Source of the DNA: Amphiscolops sp. MND2022 | Lineage: Eukaryota | Length of the DNA stretch: 64,000 nucleotides | Direction: 5' to 3' | Assembly: GCA_964187785.1 (NCBI GenBank) | Contig: OZ076409.1 | Coordinates: 99,264,001-99,328,000, forward strand | Shown: positions 25,401-37,400 of the stretch, in pieces | Numbering within the stretch: position 1 is the first letter of the stretch | Layout: each line of letters starts with the position of its first letter | Translations under genes and position numbers: made by a program | Notes under the pieces: model-generated | Database searches by the model: none | The model's input: only the letters and a program-made list of their open reading frames with translations | What the model was told of the DNA's origin: nothing

Positions 25401-28400
25401 TTATAACAAAGTGTAATATTAATGTAAGATTAAAGCAGAAATAGTAATATGCCCCGGAGGGGCCTATTTTTAGTCGGTGCTTTTTGTAGAAAACGCAGAC
25501 TATAGCAGTGACTTTTTAGTCGTTGCTTTTCGTAGAAAAACGCAGACTATAGTAGTGACTTTTTTTAAGATCAACGAACTGACAGATTTTATAAGCTTTA
25601 TAAACTGACTTGCACTAACACTAACTGCCACACTACTTCTACTGGCACCTGAGATAGAGGTTAATTAGACTTTTTTGAGGTCTCTTTTACATTTTTCGGC
25701 ACTATGCGACTTATCGGAGACCAAAAAATTTTTGAAAAAAACTTCGAAAAAAATGGGATTTTTTTCAATTTTTTCCTCATGCGGGTACTGTAGAAGAGAA
25801 TACTTGACACTTTGAAGTCCTTTTGCTATTTTTGAGCCTTAGATATGGCGCCGACTTGGGCCGTTCCCGGCTTGTTGTATATTGTTGAGTCAATTACATG
25901 TCTTCTAATTAGGCTGTAAATATAAGCTATTTTGCAACTGTTATATCTCTCATTGCTGCTTTTTCCCTGTATCAAGTTCGTCAATTTTCATTAGCTTCAA
26001 AGAGCCGCTCATTGAGAACATGTGTAACAAGGGTCTAGAAACATTGCGCTTATAATGGAAAATTCGCACAAAGTTATACCTCCTTTCTCCACAAATTTTT
26101 GAACAAGTCACTTTCACGTTAAAAGCATTCATCTTTTTTCTTGAAATTTGAGAAATTACTTTCGACGGATGCCAATAACGATAATACATAGCATGGTTTT
26201 GACATCGCTAATTTTTTTCGCTAATCGCTAAACCGCTAATTTTAAAATCGCTATTTCGCTGAAAAACTTTTTTACAAACTATTAAATGTTCAACTTCAAG
26301 TATGTTTTAAAATTTAGTTTTACAAGATAAAAGACTAGAATTTTTCATACTGTGTACAAGGGTAAGAGCTCTAAAACTCTGTATACTCAGAAGAATCTTT
26401 GAATTTTGACAATCTATTAGTGGGCGCTAATTTGAATCGCTAATAAAATCGCTGAAAAATTCTGCGCGGCCGCCAATTCGCTACATCGCTGATTAGCGGT
26501 GTAAAATCTGATACATACTCGAAATAAGTGCTAGCTTGTACAGTACAAGACAATGTTTTTTGGGTGGATTCCCAAATAACATAAGAGCAAATAACAAAAA
26601 CTAACTTAGTTTCGAATAACAAAAATGAAATGAGTTTCATTAAACATAAAAATAAAATTGTTTACCAGAAAGGTTTAGTTGCAAAAACATTCACAATTCA
26701 AAAGATTCATTGAAAAAAATATGAAAACTACAGATAAAGGTTCGTGAGTTCGATTGTTTAACTGGGTATTCGGTTTCATTTTTATGTTATATGAAACTAA
26801 TTTAATTTTTATGTTGAATGGGACTAATTTCGTTTTTATGTTATTTGCTCTTATGTTATTTGGTACTTAATCGTTTTTTGATGTCGGTAATTCACTGTGT
26901 TTCCATGGATGAATTCCATGCTTTTGTGTGGTTAAGTGAATCGATCGGAGCACATGCCTTTTCACGGCGTGATTAATCTACACAATCCAATGTGTATTCG
27001 GTCTGTGGTTTGTTTTTGACGTTTTCACTCATGAATCATGAAGCTATTTGATTTTGTTAATCGTCCTCATCCATGAACCACAAAAGCTGGAAATGACGTT
27101 TTCAGAAAGTTTTATCGCGCTTTTCCTTGAGGAAGACTTATCTCAGTTCCAAAATTTTGCAAATAATCGAATCACGGAACTCAAGCGCCCAACTTTTTAA
27201 AACTAAATTTTATGATGATTATTCACCGGAAAGCCAAAATGATTTTTGTTTTATTTATTCGTTTTTCAGTCGGTGGTATATGAATATTACAATCGTTTCG
27301 TCAGTTTTTTCCACTACTGTAGAAGTGATAAAAAGTTTACGAAACTCTCCAATGAGCCTACCACGATCTAAAGATGCCAAAAGTGTTCGAAAGGTCCCCA
27401 TTCTAGTTTGACATTTTTGTGTAAAATACAAAGTTGTACGTGATATTTTTGGCATTGCGCGACGTTTGTCGAAAAATTTCAAAAAGGCCCCTCCCCAGGG
27501 GTTGGATCTTTAAGTTTTTGACATGGAGTGTTGATGATTGAAGGCTCGTTGCGTGATGTTTCAGTGAGTTGTGTCTCCAGAATCGAAAATTGCAACTGAA
27601 ATTTCCAGGGTCGAATTATTTAAGATCGAATTTTACAGTGCATTTACAGAGCTTTCGATCCTAGATAATTTTGCACATTTTTCGGTCAGGACATTTACTA
27701 CTCCATGTGGAAAGAATCTAAACATTCATATATGATATTTAATTTAGTTCATTTCTGTGACTTTTTATCTTTGTCGACTTGTTCACATTTTGTTCAAACC
27801 TTTCGTCACTACTTTTTTTTGGCGGTTAACTGTGCTTGAACTGCTTTCTAAAAACAATTGGTTATCAAACAATCAATTCAAGTATAGTTTTGTAAAGCCT
27901 TTTTACACAAACTAAAACAAATCTCAACATTTATTGGTGCCACGAGACCCAGGAACTATCAGTTCAAAAATGTCACAGAATTTAGCCGACCTTAAAAAGA
28001 AGCGTGGCTATCAATTCGCATCTATCACAAGAAGTTCAAAGCAAGTTACTCCAATTTTGGAATTATCAACAAGCGATGTCACAGTTGACCATCTCACTAC
28101 AGTTAAAGCAGTACTTGAAAGCATCACCGAAAAAACAAGTCTCATTAACACTCTCAACGATGAAATCATCCAACAGGCCGATGAAAATGAAATTGAAGCT
28201 GAATTAGAGCTAATTGATAAAAAAGACTTCGAATTCAGGAAATTGAAGAAGCAATTGGAACACATCATCGATAGCTTCAACCAAACACAAAACGAAGGGA
28301 GTGAATCCAATCATTCAGTTGGAGTTTCATCACACTTGAAATTACCCAAACTAGATCTACCAAAGTTCGATGGCAATTATCAGAATTGGACACCCTTCTT

Positions 28401-31400
28401 TGACCTTTTCAATGGATCAGTTGACTCGAACGATGGATTGCCAGAGATTCAAAAACTCCACTATCTCAAATCAAGTTTAAAAGGTGAGCCAGCCAAACTT
28501 TTATCCCATTTACCAATCACAAGTGCAAATTACAAAGTCGCAGTGAAACTCCTGAAGGAAAGATATGAAAACAAACGCCTGATTTCACGAGCTCATATCG
28601 ATGCTATTCTCAATTTCAAGCCCTTGAATCAAGAGTCTGCAGAAGGCATTCGCAGCTTAGTCAATTGTTTTGTGGAAAACACAATGGCTTTGAACGAACT
28701 TGTAAAGGAAGAAGATCAACTCAGCTGTTTCTTAGTCAGAGTTCTATCCCAGAAATTAGACTACCCTACACGACGTCAATGGGAGCTTAATTCAACTGGA
28801 GATGAAATCCAGACAATGAATCAATTCAAAACATTTTTGGAGGCACGAGCAAATGCCCTTGAAGCGACTGGTAAGTCTACAAGAAATTCAAATCAAGACA
28901 AAACTTCACAAGAAAAACCGGTCCAAAATTACCACAGTGGCATTCAAAGCTGTCCTCAATGCAAGGCATCTCACAAACTCTTCATGTGTGATCATTTCAA
29001 ACAGCTATCTATCACAGAAAAACGAGATAAAGTCAAAATTTTGAAAGTTTGCTTCAATTGCTTACGTCTTGGTCACCAAACGAAAGATTGCAAGTCCAAA
29101 AATACTTGTCAGAAATGTCAGAAAAAGCATCATACCATGCTCCATGATGATTCCATTCGTAAAACAAGCGAAAAGGTTCAAAGTAACCTTTCCACGAAGT
29201 GGGGAGACAGTTTTTGTACACTTCTTCCTACCGCTATGGTCAACGTCATTTCATCGGACAACTCTATCATCTCATGCAGAGCCCTTTTGGATAGTGGTTC
29301 TCAAAGCTCTTTTATCACTGAAAGTTGCGCTCAATTACTCAACTTGAAGAGGAAAAAGCAAATGCTCCATCTAACTGGAATTGGAGATAGAAAACAAAGA
29401 ACTCCAACTGCCTAATTTAATTTTTATGTTGAATGGGACTAATTTCGTTTTTATGTTATTTGCTCTTATGTTATTTGGTACTTAATCGTTTTTTGATGTC
29501 GGTAATTCACTGTGTTTCCATGGATGAATTCCATGCTTTTGTGTGGTTAAGTGAATCGATCGGAGCACATGCCTTTTCACGGCGTGATTAATCTACACAA
29601 TCCAATGTGTATTCGGTCTGTGGTTTGTTTTTGACGTTTTCACTCATGAATCATGAAGCTATTTGATTTTGTTAATCGTCCTCATCCATGAACCACAAAA
29701 GCTGGAAATGACGTTTTCAGAAAGTTTTATCGCGCTTTTCCTTGAGGAAGACTTATCTCAGTTCCAAAATTTTGCAAATAATCGAATCACGGAACTCAAG
29801 CGCCCAACTTTTTAAAACTAAATTTTATGATGATTATTCACCGGAAAGCCAAAATGATTTTTGTTTTATTTATTCGTTTTTCAGTCGGTGGTATATGAAT
29901 ATTACAATCGTTTCGTCAGTTTTTTCCACTACTGTAGAAGTGATAAAAAGTTTACGAAACTCTCCAATGAGCCTACCACGATCTAAAGATGCCAAAAGTG
30001 TTCGAAAGGTCCCCATTCTAGTTTGACATTTTTGTGTAAAATACAAAGTTGTACGTGATATTTTTGGCATTGCGCGACGTTTGTCGAAAAATTTCAAAAA
30101 GGCCCCTCCCCAGGGGTTGGATCTTTAAGTTTTTGACATGGAGTGTTGATGATTGAAGGCTCGTTGCGTGATGTTTCAGTGAGTTGTGTCTCCAGAATCG
30201 AAAATTGCAACTGAAATTTCCAGGGTCGAATTATTTAAGATCGAATTTTACAGTGCATTTACAGAGCTTTCGATCCTAGATAATTTTGCACATTTTTCGG
30301 TCAGGACATTTACTACTCCATGTGGAAAGAATCTAAACATTCATATATGATATTTAATTTAGTTCATTTCTGTGACTTTTTATCTTTGTCGACTTGTTCA
30401 CATTTTGTTCAAACCTTTCGTCACTACTTTTTTTTGGCGGTTAACTGTGCTTGAACTGCTTTCTAAAAACAATTGGTTATCAAACAATCAATTCAAGTAT
30501 AGTTTTGTAAAGCCTTTTTACACAAACTAAAACAAATCTCAACATTTATTGGTGCCGCGAGACCCAGGAACTATCAGTTCAAAAATGTCACAGAATTTAG
30601 CCGACCTTAAAAAGAAGCGTGGCTATCAATTCGCATCTATCACAAGAAGTTCAAAGCAAGTTACTCCAATTTTGGAATTATCAACAAGCGATGTCACAGT
30701 TGACCATCTCACTACAGTTAAAGCAGTACTTGAAAGCATCACCGAAAAAACAAGTCTCATTAACACTCTCAACGATGAAATCATCCAACAGGCCGATGAA
30801 AATGAAATTGAAGCTGAATTAGAGCTAATTGATAAAAAAGACTTCGAATTCAGGAAATTGAAGAAGCAATTGGAACACATCATCGATAGCTTCAACCAAA
30901 CACAAAACGAAGGGAGTGAATCCAATCATTCAGTTGGAGTTTCATCACACTTGAAATTACCCAAACTAGATCTACCAAAGTTCGATGGCAATTATCAGAA
31001 TTGGACACCCTTCTTTGACCTTTTCAATGGATCAGTTGACTCGAACGATGGATTGCCAGAGATTCAAAAACTCCACTATCTCAAATCAAGTTTAAAAGGT
31101 GAGCCAGCCAAACTTTTATCCCATTTACCAATCACAAGTGCAAATTACAAAGTCGCAGTGAAACTCCTGAAGGAAAGATATGAAAACAAACGCCTGATTT
31201 CACGAGCTCATATCGATGCTATTCTCAATTTCAAGCCCTTGAATCAAGAGTCTGCAGAAGGCATTCGCAGCTTAGTCAATTGTTTTGTGGAAAACACAAT
31301 GGCTTTGAACGAACTTGTAAAGGAAGAAGATCAACTCAGCTGTTTCTTAGTCAGAGTTCTATCCCAGAAATTAGACTACCCTACACGACGTCAATGGGAG

Positions 31401-34400
31401 CTTAATTCAACTGGAGATGAAATCCAGACAATGAATCAATTCAAAACATTTTTGGAGGCACGAGCAAATGCCCTTGAAGCGACTGGTAAGTCTACAAGAA
31501 ATTCAAATCAAGACAAAACTTCACAAGAAAAACCGGTCCAAAATTACCACAGTGGCATTCAAAGCTGTCCTCAATGCAAGGCATCTCACAAACTCTTCAT
31601 GTGTGATCATTTCAAACAGCTATCTATCACAGAAAAACGAGATAAAGTCAAAATTTTGAAAGTTTGCTTCAATTGCTTACGTCTTGGTCACCAAACGAAA
31701 GATTGCAAGTCCAAAAATACTTGTCAGAAATGTCAGAAAAAGCATCATACCATGCTCCATGATGATTCCATTCGTAAAACAAGCGAAAAGGTTCAAAGTA
31801 ACCTTTCCACGAAGTGGGGAGACAGTTTTTGTACACTTCTTCCTACCGCTATGGTCAACGTCATTTCATCGGACAACTCTATCATCTCATGCAGAGCCCT
31901 TTTGGATAGTGGTTCTCAAAGCTCTTTTATCACTGAAAGTTGCGCTCAATTACTCAACTTGAAGAGGAAAAAGCAAATGCTCCATCTAACTGGAATTGGA
32001 GATAGAAAACAAAGAACTCCAACTGCCTCAACTCAATTTCAAATCAAATCAACTATTGATTCCAACAAAATTTTCAATGTTAGAGCATTCATCTTGCCAA
32101 GGGTAGCTTCAACCATGCCCTCTGTGCAAAATCCAGAACGGATAGTTGTACCACCTGAAGTAAGTCCTTTGGCTGACACAGACTACTTAAATCCACGTGA
32201 GATTGATCTGATCTTAGGAGCAGATATTTTCGAAGATGTTGTATTGGATGAAAAAATCAAAACTAGCAATGGCCTATACTTTCGTAAAACTGAGTTTGGT
32301 TGGGTAGCATCAGGACAAACTTCGTCCAGAACCAATCATCCCACGCAATCCTATCATGTCACTTCAGAATTTAATTTGAAAAATTTTTGGGAACTAGAAC
32401 AAATTCCGACACAATCAAAACTCACTAAAGAAGAAATCGCATGCGAAGAGCATTTCCGCGCTACCACTACTCAAGACGACAATGGCCGATTCATTGTAAA
32501 ACTGCCATTTAAGAAAGAATCTCCAAAACTAGGCGAAAGTCTTCAGCAAGCTCAAAGACGATTTTTCTCACTAGAAAAACGATTGCAATCAATGCCAAAT
32601 ACCAAGACAAAATACAAAGAATTTATCCAAGAATTCCGTGACCTCAGTCATTTGGAGCTTGTTCCCAATGCTGACCTTGAAAAACCATGTGACCAAGTCT
32701 TCTATCTGCCTCATCACAGCGTAATTAAGGAAGATTCAACAACCACGAAACTACGCGTTGTGTTTGACGGATCCGCAAAGTCTCAAAGTGGAATTTCATT
32801 GAATGAGTCCCTGATGGTTGGCAGTACTATACAGCCGGATTTATTCTCAACATTAATGCGATTCCGATTCCACAGAGTCGCCATCAGTGGAGATGTGGCT
32901 AAAATGTATAGACAAGTTGGTCTAGATACAAACGATCGTGATTTTCATCGTATCTTATGGCGAGATAATCCGACCGAACCTTTACAGCACCTTCGTATGA
33001 CCCGTGTCACGTACGGAATAGCCTCCTCAGCCTTCCACGCCACCAGATGCCTCAAACAAGTTGCCGAGCTATGTGGGGAGACACTTTTTGTGTCGTCCAT
33101 TCAAAACGATTTCTACGTTGATGATTTCTTAAGTGGTGCTTCTTCCACTGCTGAGGCCAAGCTTCTACTGCTCGGTGTTTCCGAAGAACTGCGGAAACAT
33201 GGGTTTGAATTACGAAAGTGGACATCAAGTGATCCAGAAATCACTTTGGATCTGCCAACACATCTTCGCGAAACTGCTGAGAAAGACAAAATTTTGGATA
33301 ATGATTATCAAATAAAAACACTCGGTGTCAAATGGAAGCCCAATCTGGATGTTTTCACCTTCGAAGTCCTTCTTCTTGAATTGACTGCCTATACAAAGCG
33401 GACATTTTTATCCGACTTGTCCAAGCTTTTTGATCCACTGGGTTGGCTCGCTCCAATCATTACCAGGTACAAGGTACTAATGCAGGAAATTTGGACGACT
33501 GGAATTCAATGGGATGAACTTCTTCCACCGCACATCCAAGATCAATGGATGACACTGAGTGAACAGCTACCAAGCCTCAATGACCTTGCTATTCCCAGAT
33601 GTCTTTTGTCCCCTGGAAAAAACCAAAGTTTCCAACTTCACCTTTTTACTGATGCATCTGAATCAGCATATGCCGCAGCTGTCTATTCTAGATTTGTTGA
33701 CGAAAATGGGGTTGTAACTACTCGCCTTCTAGCTTCAAAAAGTCGTATTGCCCCTATCAAGCAGATCTCGCTTCCCAGACTGGAATTATGTGCTGCCCAC
33801 CTTGGCTGCAAGTTAATCAAGATTATTGAAGAATTGCTTCATCTCACGAAATTTCAAAACTATGAAGTTTTCGCTTGGTCGGACTCTACTATTGTACTCC
33901 AGTGGATTGCTAAGCCTCCCCGAAAGTGGACCACTTTTGTTGCAAATCGTGTAGCCATCATACAAGACAGCATTTCTCCAGACAAATGGAACCATGTCCC
34001 AACCACTTCTAATCCAGCCGATCTGCCATCCAGAGGCATGTCTCCAGTCGACCTCAAAAAATCCTCTCTGTGGTGGTATGGTCCTTCGTGGTTAATGAAA
34101 CAGCATTCAGAATGGCCCAAGCTTCCCCTAGACACTGCAGAACCCCCTGAAACACGAATCACAAAAGAAGTTGTTTCGAATACAGAGGCTGTAAGTTCTT
34201 TAACTGGAACTAATTTGTCATTAGATTCTATTCCGTTAATCGACATTTCTCGGTTTTCGTCACTTCGACGCCTTTTGAACACTGTGTGCTTCATTCTTCG
34301 CATCAAGCAAATATTCCTCAAAGCTCTTCACTCAGACATAAGAATATCGAAAGGTTCTTATTCATTTGCTGAAATACAAACAGCAAAATTTCTAATCGTC

Positions 34401-37400
34401 TCTCAACTGCAAAGAATTTACTTCATCAACGAGTTCACTGCTCTTTCCCAAAGGCGTCCCATTAATTGCAAAAGTAACCTGCTGAATCTTAATCCATTCT
34501 TTGATGAAGAATTTAAAGTCATAAGAGTCGGCGGCCGACTTGCTCAATCCTATTATTCGGAAAACAAGAAGTTTCCTGTTCTTCCACCCTCTGGGCATTT
34601 TACCATCCTCGTAATTCGTCATTTTCATGAAGGTTCCCTTCATGGTGGGGGCCAGATAACACTCAACTTAATGAGGCAAGAATATTGGTGCACATCGGGA
34701 AAACATCAAGTAAATGCAGTAATAAAACTGTGTGTAAAATGTCAAAAATTCAATCTGAAACCGCCTTATCAAGTCATGGCAGACCTTCCAACGGAAAGGG
34801 TCACCCCTTCCAAGCCATTCAGCTATACAGGACTGGACTTTGCTGGACCAATTATCACTATTCCAGATAACAAGACATACATCGCTGTTTTCGTATGTTT
34901 CTCAGTCAAGGCAGTTCACTTAGAAATAGTCGGATCTCTGTCTAAAGAAGCTTGTCTGTCAGCCCTGAAGCGGTTCGTTTCACGGAGAGGAGTCCCAAGG
35001 CGCATTTACTCAGACAATGCCACAAACTTCATTGGTGCTCGCAATGATATCTTGAAGATTCAAGAGCTATTGAAGACGAATATGCAAGACGAACATGCAA
35101 ATTCAATTACTGACTTTGGTAAAGACATTGGTTTGGAATGGGTTATGATTCCTCCTCGCACTCCACATTTTGGTGGACTGTGGGAATCTGCCATTAAGAG
35201 AATGAAACATCATCTCAGGAGAACAGTTGGCAATCAAATTCTCTCGCAAGAAGAACTCTCAACTTATGTTACAGAAATCGAAGCAATTTTCAATTCAAGA
35301 CCGCTCACTCCACTTTCTACTAGCCCAAACGATTTAAAGCCTCTAACGCCGGCACACTTTCTCATTGGAGAGCCCCTGAAGACCCTTCCAACATACAAAA
35401 ATGAGAAAGCACTGAACCTAACAGAAAGATACAGACTCGTTAAGAATCTAATTAGATCATTTTGGAAGTCTTGGCAGAGAGACTACCTGGTGCATCTTCA
35501 AATTCGTAAAAAGTGGTTTAAAGACGGCCAAAGAATGATTGTTGGAGACATGGTAGTTATCGCAGAAGACAATCAACCACCTTTAGTTTGGAAACTTGGA
35601 AGAATCATAGAGTCATACGACGGAAATGATGAAGTTAATAGAGTTTTCAAAGTAAAAACTGCCACAGGATACCTAATACGCCCTGTAGTAAAACTCAGAA
35701 AGCTAGTACTTGACAATTCAGTCCCAAATCCTACCCTGCTGGAGTCAAATATCTCTTCTGACACTTGAAATTATTCAATGTTTCATAATTTCCTTCGTTT
35801 GTATATAGTTTGATGCTAAAAAGTGTCTCTCCGACACATATGTTATTGCTATAAACCCTACTATAGTGCTGCTCCGTTCTGATCCGTTCACTGAAGCTGC
35901 TATATATTTTAGTGTGAAGCCACTGTGAAGTGTACCTTTGAAAATGGAATCGATATTATACCTCTACTTATCATCTGGCACTTTAATTTATCAATAAAAA
36001 GTGTCTCCCCGCAGTACAGTTACCATTCCTTGCAATGCCCATTGACATGCCTCAGTATATGCTGAAAACGTCATTTTAATCTAGCATCCTAGCATATTTA
36101 CGTAAACAGAAATTTTACCTCAGTTAATCATTTCGAGTTCAATATTTTTGTTGCTTATTGGATATAAAGTGTATCCCCAAAGTCAACTTCAATGCTACGC
36201 TTACCAAATGAATTTGATGCGCCCCTACTGATATTTACGTACCTACCCTGACCTTACACTTGACCACAATGCAGTATGCAATGGCTAATTTTTATTAAAA
36301 AATAGATTACTCACTTATTCTTGTCATCGTCTATGACCTCCGTCAGTCAGATTGTGGGCACTGTTGTTGATCGCTGTTGCACGATCAAGATCTGCTCTGA
36401 CATCAACAGTCACCATACAGGACGGCATTTCTTCACAGAAAGTTGCAACAGAATGGCCGCACCCATATGGCATGTAGACTGTCTCTCCAGCCCCAAACTC
36501 ACACCACAAAATCTTCTGACGTTGCGTTCTTGACAAGGCCCTCAAAAAGTTGACCGTATCAGCAATGGCAGTCTTCGACTCAAGGCTCCCGCAGACCTTC
36601 CTCAGAGATGCTGACAACCGACCCATCTTGCAGAACATCCAGATCTTCCTGCCTGAAAGAAGGGTCGCGAGCATGTCGCCAGCAGTCTCCGATGCTTCAA
36701 GATCGAAGTGCCACGGTCGAAAGCTGGTTCCCCCAGTGAATAGCAAATAACTGCAAATGAAAAAATTACGTTCAATATTACTAGAATCTTTCAAGCATCA
36801 ATATTCAAAGCAATCATGTGCCAATGAATTACCCGAAGTTAAGGGGACTCAGCGCATCGGGCCAATCGCATGTCACCTGACCCTGACTGATAAAGAAGTC
36901 ATCCATAACATCTACCAGCAGATCGGGAGTAGACTGTCTTGGACTCGTATTCTTCTTAAAGAACTCATCAGTCAGGTCATCAAGTGTTTTCGCCGCCAGC
37001 AGTGCATCTTTGGAGGGCCCTTCGACTTTAATGGCAAAGTCTTTCACAATTGCTGGTTCTGAACGACTAAGTCGCACCTCTTCAATTGTCAGAGCTTTGA
37101 CTTGCGGGAAGCCGCACAGAACCTCTCTCAGCTCCTCCAAACTTGCTAGCGGTGACTTGGCTGTCCTTCTCAGAAACATTATCAATTCTGAAAAAAAAGT
37201 CAGGAGAGGAGTAATGGAAAGAATCTAAACATTCATATATGATATTTAATTTAGTTCATTTCTGTGACTTTTTATCTTTGTCGACTTGTTCACATTTTGT
37301 TCAAACCTTTCGTCACTACTTTTTTTTGGCGGTTAACTGTGCTTGAACTGCTTTCTAAAAACAATTGGTTATCAAACAATAAATTCAAGTATAGTTTTGT

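Noticed and set aside
27708..30544. Independent LTR-gag-LTR mini-element
   Set aside because: Explained by the 2615-bp tandem duplication; no PPT before the second LTR and no separate TSD.
35769..37214. env-like gene in the BEL/Pao 3' region
   Set aside because: No long sense ORF and no signal-peptide/transmembrane pattern; the coding signal is on the antisense strand.
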